This document shows, piece by piece, positions 12,528 to 22,431 of a DNA stretch of 64,000 bases; position 1 is the first letter of the stretch, and every line of letters begins with the position of its first letter. Both the position numbers and the translations under genes were made by a program. Below the pieces are notes generated by a model that made no database searches, was not told the DNA's origin, and saw nothing but the letters and a program-made list of their open reading frames with translations. The DNA is from Podospora anserina. Lineage: Eukaryota. The stretch lies in assembly GCA_017654855.1 (NCBI GenBank), contig CM030336.1, positions 4,526,001 to 4,590,000 on the forward strand, given 5' to 3'.

Positions 12528-13548
12528 ATGGTCGGCGTAACAACCATTGCGAACCTCAATGCCCCAGCCGGCAAGCAAATCAGCTTGTACTACAACCTCA
12601 AAAATCAGAACCTTGGTCTTCAGCAACGCAACGAGTCCACTTCGCAAGACCCCCCCACCGATGTCTATGTCTCTAGCATCACCGCTCAAGTCGGATGGAT
12701 TGAGAACCCATCCCAGGTGGCCAGCGCCAACTTGACCGGTCTTCCACTTGTCTTCGGCTTCACTGAAAAGAAGGCCGATCCTGCTGTTCCCAAGCAGCTG
12801 AATCACGACGTCTCTATCCTTTCCCCTGTGTATAACCCTGTTGGCCAAACTCTCAAAGACAACAAAACCATCGCTGCTGTCAGTGACGGTGTGTCTGCAT
12901 CTGTCTTCTTCCTCACGTATGTGCCCCATCTTACCTTTCTACACTTATTCCTCATCCCCTCTTCCCTTCGTCTGTTCAGTCAACCAGGCTTATTGACCTT
13001 TTACCCAGCGGGGGAAGTGGAAACGCCTACAAAATCGAGGAGGCAGTCGTCGGCCAAATCCAACCAGACGATTGGTCCGGAACCGCAGTCATCATCCAGG
13101 ACTCATCCCTCGCTGCGTACTATTCCGAGCCCGGTGTTCGTCGGATCATTTACCAGGCTGCCGACAACTCCGAGATCCACGATTATCGCCCCAAACGAGG
13201 ATGTAAGTAAAACCTAGCCCGGAACTCATACCGATTAATAACCATTTTTTGACAGACGTGAACATTGGCAACACCAACGCCAAAGATGCCAGTCCTCTTG
13301 CTGTTGTCACGGCCGGCAGCAAGGCCTACCTCTACTACGTGAACACACATGATCAGGTGAAGAGGATCGTCAAGAGTGACCTCTCCAACCCGGACTCGTG
13401 GGGTCAGGAGCAGGATGTCAACGCGCCTAAAAAGGTTTCAAAGGAGAGTCAGATTACTGTCATCTCTGCGGGTGGGAAGAATCATTTGTTCTATGTCGCT
13501 CAGGGGGCGTCTGACACTACGTTTGAGCATATTGTCGACAGCCAGTGA
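12528..13548 (+). CDS. 291-aa beta-propeller protein resembling fungal fucose-specific lectins. Exons 12528-12916, 13009-13202, 13256-13548.
   Basis: Two canonical introns (GTATGT...CAG, GTAAGT...CAG) join the 229-aa and 99-aa ORFs through a third frame. Blade-like repeats: KTIAAVSDGVSASVFFLT, SSLAAYYSEPGVRRIIYQ, SPLAVVTAGSKAYLYYVN, SQITVISAGGKNHLFYV. No signal peptide. Confidence 0.8.
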
Positions 13549-14032
13549 AGGCGGGGACGGAATGTGGCTTGGATCTGACTTGCTGTCCACCTTTTTGTTA
13601 GGTTGGCATCACGATCGTTTCCTTCTCGGATAGGGTCTGGTAGCATGGATTCGTTCATTTATCTCACAATTTGGACCCTCGTGTGTTCAATACTTTATAT
13701 TCCTGTCTATAAAACTGAACACCAGCTCCTTCATCCGCGCTGATCAAGAACCGGCGGAGGCAATACTGCAACTAATCACCGTATTTCAGACTATAAAGGC
13801 GTGTATATTGTGCACGGTGTCAGATCTTCACTGTGACTTCTTGCCTAATTTTGCTATCCTCCAGGGCCATGAGTCAACCTTGCTATTGGTAGTTGGATGC
13901 ACAATCAAGCATGTATTGTGTGGATAAGGTGATGGGCTAATACCACAAAACCAAACTCAACAAATATTCTGAATTCCTAAACTAACCGGTCGACATGCAT
14001 CCCAAGCCCTACGTAAACCTACCATGGCACTA

Positions 14033-17000
14033 TCATGTCCTCGTCCCCTCTGCCTTGGTGTCATCCTCCGGCTTCTCCACCATAATCGGCCTCCGCAACT
14101 GCAAAAACCCCTCAATAGCCGTATACGGCGCCTTTTCAAACCCAGGTGCCATAACATTCCCCTTCCTCTCAATCCCATAAGCATTATAACTAGGAAATTC
14201 ATCCCCTTCAATATCAAACGGCTGCAGCCAATTCCAATCCCCAACGCCCAACGACGGAATAGCAACATTTCTCTTCGGAGCATTCTTCATAGACTTGGTC
14301 GTCAATCGACGATCCTTGCTGAACTCGCCCACGTCCTTGACAACATTCAACGGACCAGCATGGAAGAAAGCAACCATATTCTGCATGGCATCCTGCCAGG
14401 TCCAAGACGGCAGCTGCAGGGATTTGGCAGGCAAAAAGGAGGAAAACGCATGGACGGGCGTGAATGGGTCTAGTATAGCGCCGTAAACCTTCATTTCTTT
14501 GTTTCGAAGGTCGCGGTATTGTTGTGGGGAGAGGTACGGCCCGTCGTAGTGCCCGCCAGAGTGCGGAAATGGGGCTACCCAGAATGGTTTGAGCTTCGGG
14601 TAGGAGGTGTCGGGTGTGTTGTCCATCGGAATGAGATTCTCGATCCCGGAAGGGGGAGCAGGCTTTTTGTTGTCCTCGTTGAAGAAGTAAGTGTAGACGT
14701 TGTTGAGGACAAGCTCCTTCTCGTTGTCTTCGACGGTGGGTTCGGCAATGGTCTTGAAGTAGCCCACTAAGCCGTCGGCCTCGCGGGCCTTGTCGCCGAG
14801 CTTGATTTGGAATTCGTAGCTAGGTGCGGGAGGACGAGCATCCTGGGCAAGGAGATAGCGCTCGGGAGTGGCGCTCGCGACGCTGGTTTTTGTGCTCTGG
14901 TTTACGAGGGCGGGTTTCTCTAATTCCAGGGAGATGCCCATGTTGACGAGGGCGAGTGGCTTGCCGACGATGGAGCCGAGGAACTGGGAGTAGGCGCTGG
15001 GTGAGGGGGGCATGTTCTTGATGGCGGTCGAGATCATGATCCATAATCCGCGGAGGTAGTTGGCATTTTTCATCTTCTCGACGAGCTCGTCGAGTTGTCT
15101 GTTGTCCTTGACCGCGGGGGCTTTTTTCTCGTTGGAGTCCCCGGCCCCGGGCTCGGGAATGTTGTCGTCGTAGGCGAATGGGAGCCATCTGGGTTCAGCT
15201 ATGGCGCCATCCCGGCCCCCGACACGAACTTCGCGATAAAAAGTGCCATCGGCGAGGAAGATTTGGATGCCTTGATCCGCGTAGTTGATCACAAGCCAGC
15301 CCCAGATGGGATTCTCCCACTCGTCCACAGGGCGCCAGTAGGAAGAGACGGTATCGGGCTTGGGAGGAATTTCTTTGCCTTCATCATCTAGGTGTCGCTG
15401 GCGGATGACAAAGTCTGCGTTGAGACGCGCAGCTTGGTTGATCTGGGGCGGTAGCTGCATGAACTCGCACTTGGGCCCTTCGTTTTGCAAAACAGTGTTG
15501 GCGTGAGTCTTGCCGTTGACTGTGACGGTCTGAGGTTCGTAAAAGTCGCTGATGGCGGGATAGATGGGAGGGTGTTGACGAGGACCAGCGAGTGGCTTGG
15601 GGTCGATGGCGACAAGGGCTTGTCCAAACTTGTCAATCACATTGAACTTGGTGAACCTGAACTGCCCATGAGTTACGGGTTTGAAAGGGCAGAAGTCCTT
15701 TTTTGTGTAGTCATTCTGCACCGAGTAGGGCGTCAATGCGGAGTTGTTCTGAATCATTTGGATGCGTTCGTTTGTCAAGCCCGCCAGAGGGAACTCGGCC
15801 GCCTTAATCGCAGTAGTGCTCTGCAGACCATCACTCGTGATGAACTTGTTCTCTGGTTTGATGTGTGTCCCCGCTGACAGAGTGAGCAAGCCTTCAGTGA
15901 AGCCATTCAGAGGACAGGAGAGGAAAGGTAGTTTGGACAAGTGTTGCTGTACCCAGGTCCTCTCGTCATCATCAAGGTGCTCCTTCAAGATGGAGGGCGG
16001 TGTATTGTCAAACAGCTGATTCACCTTCGCCGCCAAGGAGAAGCTCGGCTGGGGAAGGATGAGAACCCGGCCGGAGAGGAGACACGTATCGCCCGCGGCA
16101 GCTGGTGTGCCAGACTTCATCTTCTCCCAGAGCGGCGTTGCGGGCTTTCCGTCTGCATCGACACCTGGAACGCCGTATCTGATCTTCTCAGGGGCGGAAA
16201 GGCGAACTGCCTGGCCGCTCAGATCCCAGTACTCAAAGGGAATGTGAGTATACTCCACGGCCCATTCAACGTAGAGCGGGAACCAAGGCTGACGATTCTC
16301 CCATCGATCTCTCCAGTACTTGTTGTCATTAGTTGCAGAGAGCTTGTCATGAAACTGGGGGAATGCGTGATCTTTCTCAGCAGCGGCATCGTCTGCGGTG
16401 TTGCTCGGCATAAGTGTCCAGAACTCTTTCAGCAACGTCTCAACGGCGCTCAAGGCAGATTGTCCGGGGAATTTCGTCGTCACCTGTGCTGCCAAGTTGC
16501 TGATGTCCCCCGGGACGGCCGTCTTCGTAACACATTGTGAAGACAACCTCGCCGTCCCACTGTCATTGAAGTCAGAAGGCCAACCGGACTCAACCCCCCC
16601 AAGTAAAACCGTCGGGTCTCGATGCTGAAAGTAAAAAGGAAGCGTGCTCGTCTTCAAGTCCTCCAGCAGACTGCTTTCCTTCATTTTCTTCTTGATTTCT
16701 TGCATTGTCGTATCCAATTCCTTCATGCGGTCTTCCAACTTGCTCAACTTTTCTGCCAAATCGTTCGTCTGACGCACATACGGATCATTGTTCCGATTGG
16801 CAAAATTTGTTTGATCCGTGACGTACTTCCACCAAATAGAGAACATGTCCCACCTGTACTGCTCTGCAGAGCGCGCACAGGCATCAACGAGCTGCTGATT
16901 GATGTTCAATTCGGCAAGCAGCTCGACGGCCTTGGGGTCTGGCTGGGTGGGCTTGCCCTTGGAGTCTTGACCAGCAATGAAATAATGCTTGCCACCCTGA

Positions 17001-18394
17001 ACGCGGCCGAAGTTCCAGTTGTAGACCATGTCTTTCGCTTCGCGCTGTCCCTCTACACCGTCATCCCTGGCATGGAGCAAAGAGTCAATGGCGAGAATGT
17101 CCTCCTCCAACCTCTCAACATCCTTGTCTTTCTCCTTGTGCCGCCTCGCGGTAATATAGGTGATCAAAGCGTCCATAGGTGATGTTCCTATCGCCGTGGA
17201 CGGCAATGAGTCATCCTGAAGTGTTACCGAGAACTTATCAGAAGGCATTTCAGGCTTGGTATTCATGTCCCAGCGGACATCGTACAAAGCACCGTGGAGA
17301 CACATCCTAACAGCGGATGTATCGGTGAGGAATGTCTCGACCTCACTCGTGCCAGTGTCCTTCAGCTCCATGTAAATAGCTTTGAGCTTATCCTCATGAG
17401 TGAACTTTCCATTCTTGTCAAACAAGGGGTCAGTGCTATCAGTGGAGTGCCAGCCAACGAGGTAGTAGTCTGCCGTAGCGGAATCGAGGTAGTGTCCTTC
17501 TGATGGCTTTGGCGGAGGTGCACCATCATCTCCCCTTGCGAGCTTCTTCTTATCATCTTCATCGAGGTACTTGAAATTGTCGACAATGCTAAAGACATTC
17601 GCGTTGTGGAGCTGGAAATCCGCAAAGAACATGTTGCCGCTCTTGAGAAGACTGATGTCCGTGTAGGAATTCTGATTGCCAGGCTGATAATCAGCCAAGG
17701 GGGTCTTCCTTCCGATAAAGACCTCAGCCTGTTGCTCGATATCCACCCCTTCGCCTTTCTGCCCAACTACAAAGGGGCTAACATCGGTCTGAAGATCAAA
17801 CGTGACAGGGATATCGTCAAGATCCCACTTGTAGTCACTCTCCAGCACCCAAGCCTCGTACTCGTTGAAGTATTTCTTCAATTCCTCCTTGACCGAGTCC
17901 ATGTGGAGCCTTCGGATGATGATCCACCGCGTAGGGGGCTGCAGATACTCTGGCGTGTCTGAGTTCTTTTTGTCGCCGCTGTCCTTGCTGGGTGGTTCTG
18001 TCCTCGGGGGGAGACCAAGTCTTTCACGCTCCTTGTCGTGCCGTTTCTCATCAACGGAGTCGGCAGCTACCACTCCAGACCTATACATGTCTGGGAGAAT
18101 CCAGTGGAGATAGACGCCATATCTGTTACGGCGCGGAGTTGGGTGAGGCTGGTCGCCCAGGTCCGTAAGGCGCATGTTCGTCGCAGCAGGTGCGGCATTG
18201 TGTAGGTCGGAGTGCCCAAGAACATCACTCTGGATGAGAAAGTTGTCCAGGCGGAGGAAAGTGTAGTTTGGCTGCGTGATGGGGATTATACGAGAGTTCT
18301 TGTCGTCCGCTTCGTTGGCGACTTTGTCGTTGAGAACAAAGGCTTGGAGCTGAAGAGGGATGAGGACGACACTGTCATTTGGCGAATTCTCCAT
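14033..18394 (-). CDS. Uncharacterised 1453-aa protein (component B of the DUF6603-associated cluster), intronless
   Basis: 4.4 kb open frame. Blocks: VLIPLQLQAFV, RYGVYLHWILPDMYRSG, PPTRWIIIRR, AWVLESD, FADFQLHNANVFSIVD, YYLVGWHS, central coiled coil, QPWFPLYVEWAVEY, GQFRFTKFNVIDKFGQ, QLPPQINQAARL, NPIWGWLVINYADQGIQIFLADG, GKPLALV, GLVGYF, LDPFTPVHAFSSFLP. Confidence 0.9.
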   Translation of the reverse strand: MENSPNDSVVLIPLQLQAFVLNDKVANEADDKNSRIIPITQPNYTFLRLDNFLIQSDVLGHSDLHNAAPAATNMRLTDLGDQPHPTPRRNRYGVYLHWILPDMYRSGVVAADSVDEKRHDKERERLGLPPRTEPPSKDSGDKKNSDTPEYLQPPTRWIIIRRLHMDSVKEELKKYFNEYEAWVLESDYKWDLDDIPVTFDLQTDVSPFVVGQKGEGVDIEQQAEVFIGRKTPLADYQPGNQNSYTDISLLKSGNMFFADFQLHNANVFSIVDNFKYLDEDDKKKLARGDDGAPPPKPSEGHYLDSATADYYLVGWHSTDSTDPLFDKNGKFTHEDKLKAIYMELKDTGTSEVETFLTDTSAVRMCLHGALYDVRWDMNTKPEMPSDKFSVTLQDDSLPSTAIGTSPMDALITYITARRHKEKDKDVERLEEDILAIDSLLHARDDGVEGQREAKDMVYNWNFGRVQGGKHYFIAGQDSKGKPTQPDPKAVELLAELNINQQLVDACARSAEQYRWDMFSIWWKYVTDQTNFANRNNDPYVRQTNDLAEKLSKLEDRMKELDTTMQEIKKKMKESSLLEDLKTSTLPFYFQHRDPTVLLGGVESGWPSDFNDSGTARLSSQCVTKTAVPGDISNLAAQVTTKFPGQSALSAVETLLKEFWTLMPSNTADDAAAEKDHAFPQFHDKLSATNDNKYWRDRWENRQPWFPLYVEWAVEYTHIPFEYWDLSGQAVRLSAPEKIRYGVPGVDADGKPATPLWEKMKSGTPAAAGDTCLLSGRVLILPQPSFSLAAKVNQLFDNTPPSILKEHLDDDERTWVQQHLSKLPFLSCPLNGFTEGLLTLSAGTHIKPENKFITSDGLQSTTAIKAAEFPLAGLTNERIQMIQNNSALTPYSVQNDYTKKDFCPFKPVTHGQFRFTKFNVIDKFGQALVAIDPKPLAGPRQHPPIYPAISDFYEPQTVTVNGKTHANTVLQNEGPKCEFMQLPPQINQAARLNADFVIRQRHLDDEGKEIPPKPDTVSSYWRPVDEWENPIWGWLVINYADQGIQIFLADGTFYREVRVGGRDGAIAEPRWLPFAYDDNIPEPGAGDSNEKKAPAVKDNRQLDELVEKMKNANYLRGLWIMISTAIKNMPPSPSAYSQFLGSIVGKPLALVNMGISLELEKPALVNQSTKTSVASATPERYLLAQDARPPAPSYEFQIKLGDKAREADGLVGYFKTIAEPTVEDNEKELVLNNVYTYFFNEDNKKPAPPSGIENLIPMDNTPDTSYPKLKPFWVAPFPHSGGHYDGPYLSPQQYRDLRNKEMKVYGAILDPFTPVHAFSSFLPAKSLQLPSWTWQDAMQNMVAFFHAGPLNVVKDVGEFSKDRRLTTKSMKNAPKRNVAIPSLGVGDWNWLQPFDIEGDEFPSYNAYGIERKGNVMAPGFEKAPYTAIEGFLQLRRPIMVEKPEDDTKAEGTRT

Positions 18395-19395
18395 CTTGGT
18401 AGTGCTGGTGTGTCGTTCCTGGTATCACCTGACTCAAACTGAAGCTCTCTAGGATGGTTGAGGCTGGCTTGACAAGATGGGGAACTACTCCCACAAGCTT
18501 TGTCTTCCAGATTGATCATTGCTGTGACCCGGGCGACGATATCTCCGCTGGGATGAAGCCAGTGTTCCTTGCACGGTGCATTGCATTGTCCAGTGTCCTC
18601 CGTTGACTGTTGCATTGCAGCTCAATTTGTGGAAGCCACAGATGCCCCGAATATGCACTCGATCGAGACGTGATAACAATTGCAGCAACAATTAGTCTCC
18701 TGCAAGTTTTCAGCTTTCCGCTCGCAACTGCCCGTCTATCATTTCTGATTCTGGCGTTGTACATCTGATCTTCTCTTCTGGTCAAACCTGCATGGTACAA
18801 TCATGTGAATGAAGCATACCCATCGTGATCACATCACGGCTCTCCGGTCCTGGCCTTCGCCAATAGAACGGACCGACGATGGGATCAGCGCGGTACTTTC
18901 AGCCACTAGGTGCACCTTTGCCCAAATGCCTCAAACTGCCGCACATGCGATTTATCCTTGTTGACATAGAGCCTATGGGACCGCGAGGTCGTAAAACGTG
19001 TGATAACATTAACGCATGCTGAAGACTGCGGCTTGCGCACATACCACCTCACGGGCCGCATTTGGAAGCCCAATCAAAGTGCAATTCAGAAGGGAATGGT
19101 GGGAAATCAGTGTTCCAGGTTGGGCGCTGATTCTGTAGGCCCAACAAGAACCTACCATAGATGTCTTCGTCATCGGCGAGATATGAATCACATGACATCG
19201 TTCAAACGGCTCATCTCTCTTGGCTCTCAGCACACAATGACTGTCTCAATAACCTCTTCTCAGAATACAAAACACTCCGGTTGCATCCTCCCACTGAAAT
19301 AATGGCTGTATGTCAAGAATGTCCTGTCCATTTGCTTGCATACCTAACATCAACTCCTCTAGCCTCCTCCGCAATGGACAGATGATTACACCCAA

Positions 19396-19677
19396 ATGGG
19401 TGGCGATGCAATCTGGGGCCCCGATGGCGAGGCGGTTGCTTACATCACTGCTGCCGGCCTTGACAAGACCAACTTGAAGCCACTCTTCACCCTCCTACCC
19501 TCGGTCACTGAAGACTTGACTCTCTTTCAAACGGGGTCACCGCTCAAGTTCTATCTCTGGAGTGCCGACGACTACAGTCTTCACAAGGTCACCTTGGATA
19601 ACTTGGATGAAATCTTGAAATGGCTGCAGGCTGAGGACAGGCCGTTCTATACTTTGCCATCGGAGAGGATTTTCTGA
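19396..19677 (+). CDS. Small hypothetical protein (93 aa or more; 5' end uncertain)
   Basis: Globular-looking acidic/hydrophobic ORF (...LKPLFTLLP...LFQTGSPLKFYLWSADDYSLHKV...). An upstream ATG GCT GTATGT...CAG intron candidate does not join in frame. Confidence 0.4.
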   Translation: MGGDAIWGPDGEAVAYITAAGLDKTNLKPLFTLLPSVTEDLTLFQTGSPLKFYLWSADDYSLHKVTLDNLDEILKWLQAEDRPFYTLPSERIF

Positions 19678-20028
19678 CGGCAGGGTGGTTCAAAAGGGGA
19701 TATGTGATTAATCTCTTTTTGCACCTAGTTTGCAGCGAGTACTAAAACTATTATCCTGTTGAAGATCACTGTGGCTCTGTCAGGGCTGCCCTTGCATTTC
19801 AAGAAGCTCGTGACATTTTGTTGGAAACTGGGGTTGCATGATAATTATGGGTTCTCCCACACTATTCAATCATGCAGAAGAACAGAGATAGCGAGCGGAT
19901 GTAACTTCTTGCTATAGAAAACTCTCATTTACACCATACCATGACTATCAATGAAACCTCTAATTTCCATCTCAAAGAGATTGAAACAGCATTTCCAACG
20001 ATTCCACCCACCTCAATCTTGACTCATG

Positions 20029-21397
20029 CTATGTTGTGATATCGAAGGGCAAATGGACCACTGGGTCGAACTGTTTAAGGTCGGCCTCGTAAATTCTCCC
20101 CATGAATGTGCAGTTTGCGCAAGGACCTGTAAAGAAATCGCGGATCTTCTCCTTGATATTCTTTCTTTGCTGAGTAATATGCTCGTATTTGTATTCTCTT
20201 TCGACTTTGAAATCTTTTGACTTCTTGTCAAAGTCAGAATCCAGGGTTGTGCCTCTTGGACTCAAGGCTATGCCCTTTGTCCTGGCCCTTTCTTGCGGAG
20301 TGCGGTGTCTTTTTCACCGGATATTATCAGCCAGCTGTGTATGAAATGGGAGACGCAAGCGAATGACGTCGTACTTACGATAGCATATGGAGAAAGGTGT
20401 ACGTCTCGGCACAGTTTCCGTATCGGAAGGTGTCTATGCTTCCCCCGGTCTTTGCCCACTTCCACTCCATGGTCTTGGAATACCCAGTAAAGTCCCAGTG
20501 GGCCACGATGTTGACTATTCCTTTGTCTCTATCGCAAATGTCCCATCGCGCCTTTCGAAGAAGACCGCCAAAGTTCCTTGTGCCGAGGCTACCGTAGTAA
20601 CCACCGAGCGACGCGCCCAACGAGAACAAGTTTGGCTCTCCAGAGGCCTTATCTGCTTCCGTCCATGTGATCTGGTACATGTTTGGTTGTGTCGATTTCT
20701 GCTTGTCAGACCGGACTACTACTCTTGCCGTGGGGAAATCCGGATCGGGCTCAAATTCTTCGATGTCTTCTTGGGAAAGAGGCGTACTGCCTCCTTCCAG
20801 CATCACACCAGCCCAGCGTGCATATAGCGCAAGGATTGGTATGTAGAAATTCTCCACTGTGGCGTGGGGCGGCGCGACCCCGAGCTTTGAGAGAAAGAGG
20901 CCCAGGAGGTCCGGAAGTAGAAAATAGAAGTTGTTTCGTAGGTCGTCCTCGACGACCTCTTTGAAGCGCTGGCGTCTTTTGTCATCTTCGAGTTTGGAAA
21001 TGTCGTTGTCGATGAGAGCTTGAGGCAAGAAGTTGAACCTCCATTTCGCTTCGGTGCCGCGGACATGAAGGACGCGCTTGTCATTCACTTTAGCCTTTTC
21101 CTCTCGTAGGACATGCTGCTCAGGAACTGGCTCTCTCCACTCAGCACCTGGAGAACTGTAATGCAATGTTAGTCAGGCGGCACATTGAAAGCCCCGAACC
21201 AATTCTGTGTGTCTGGATGCCGTCCGAATGTTCGTCGCACTAGATCGGAAAGGATTCTTATCATACCACAGCAGCTTGACCTTTTCGAGAACTAATCGCA
21301 GTTCCTTTTGGTGCGCCTCGTCTATCTTCTTAGCAGCTTCCCACTGCTCCTCCGTTCTCTTCCCCTTCGACACAATGCTCTCCACTAGGCCTTCCAT
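20029..21397 (-). CDS. 395-aa putative Zn-dependent deaminase-fold protein (CAE ... PCxxC). Exons 21397-21267, 21155-20379, 20308-20029.
   Basis: Introns GTATGA...CTAAC...CAG and GTAAGT...GCTGAT...AAG join three track ORFs (74, 263 and 78 aa) in frame. The spliced product contains RYGNCAETYTF and FTGPCANC. Confidence 0.75.
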
Positions 21398-22431
21398 TTT
21401 TTCGACAATCTACCCAGCAGCTATTAGCCTGGATTCATTCAGAACATCAGTCTGAAGGCCTCGATGACAAGGAGTATGTGAAGCCAAAACTGGTGATAAC
21501 AGGGAAGGTCTGGCACTTCATTGCTCCTCACTCACTTTTGCAGTCTCTGTAATGACATAGAGACTCTCAAATGTAGTATCGGGATCGCCTCGCGTGAGAA
21601 TTTCCCACTCCAAGGGAGCCGTGGAGGATTCCATGTTGGCAATATCAACGTGAAGATGGATTCTTTATTTGGTCGCTCTTCGAGAAACAAAAGAGGGAGA
21701 TGTCCTTACCCGGGATCAAGAGTGTACGAAGATCGTGACCATGAGTTGGAATAATGGTAGGTCCCTTATACAGAACCTGAAAGAAATGGGTGTCGTCTCT
21801 CATGACGTCTGCGATTCAGTGTAAGTATCTATTTGTCGAGGGGGAGAATAGAGTACTTTCACGGCACTTACGAGAATGGGAGGGGTTGCTCTGCTGCGGG
21901 CCGCCCACTTCAGCAGTTGATCCTTGGGTTCAGCTGCATTTGTTAGGTTGTCAGCCCATGGCTTGGCGGACGAATGGGTGTCTAGACTTTTGCATCTAGA
22001 CTTTTCATGCATGTATCGCGCGCTGTCCATTGTACCCGGCGTGCTTTTACGCAGTTGATCGACTTGAACTTGTTCCCAATCTGTCAAGGTGCATCACCCT
22101 CATGTATGCGGGGAGTCGGATCACATAGCACTGTGCCGACACCAAACAGGTACTGTATCTGGGACACCACTTCAGCAGTACCTTACGTACTCGGAGTTCA
22201 AGCATCGGTGACACTGCTCTCTCTCATGGGGTCCGATGCCTCGCCAGTCGTCTTGTTTGATCGCGAAATGTCGTTACAGTAGGAGGATGCTGCACCGAAG
22301 ACCATGATGTCGGCCTTGGCCTTGACCACGACACAATTTATGATTCACTACATTTCATTCTTGGTTATCATTACCAATACTAAGATACACAAACCACAGC
22401 ACCCACTCAGTCAACCCGTCTCATCGCCAAA

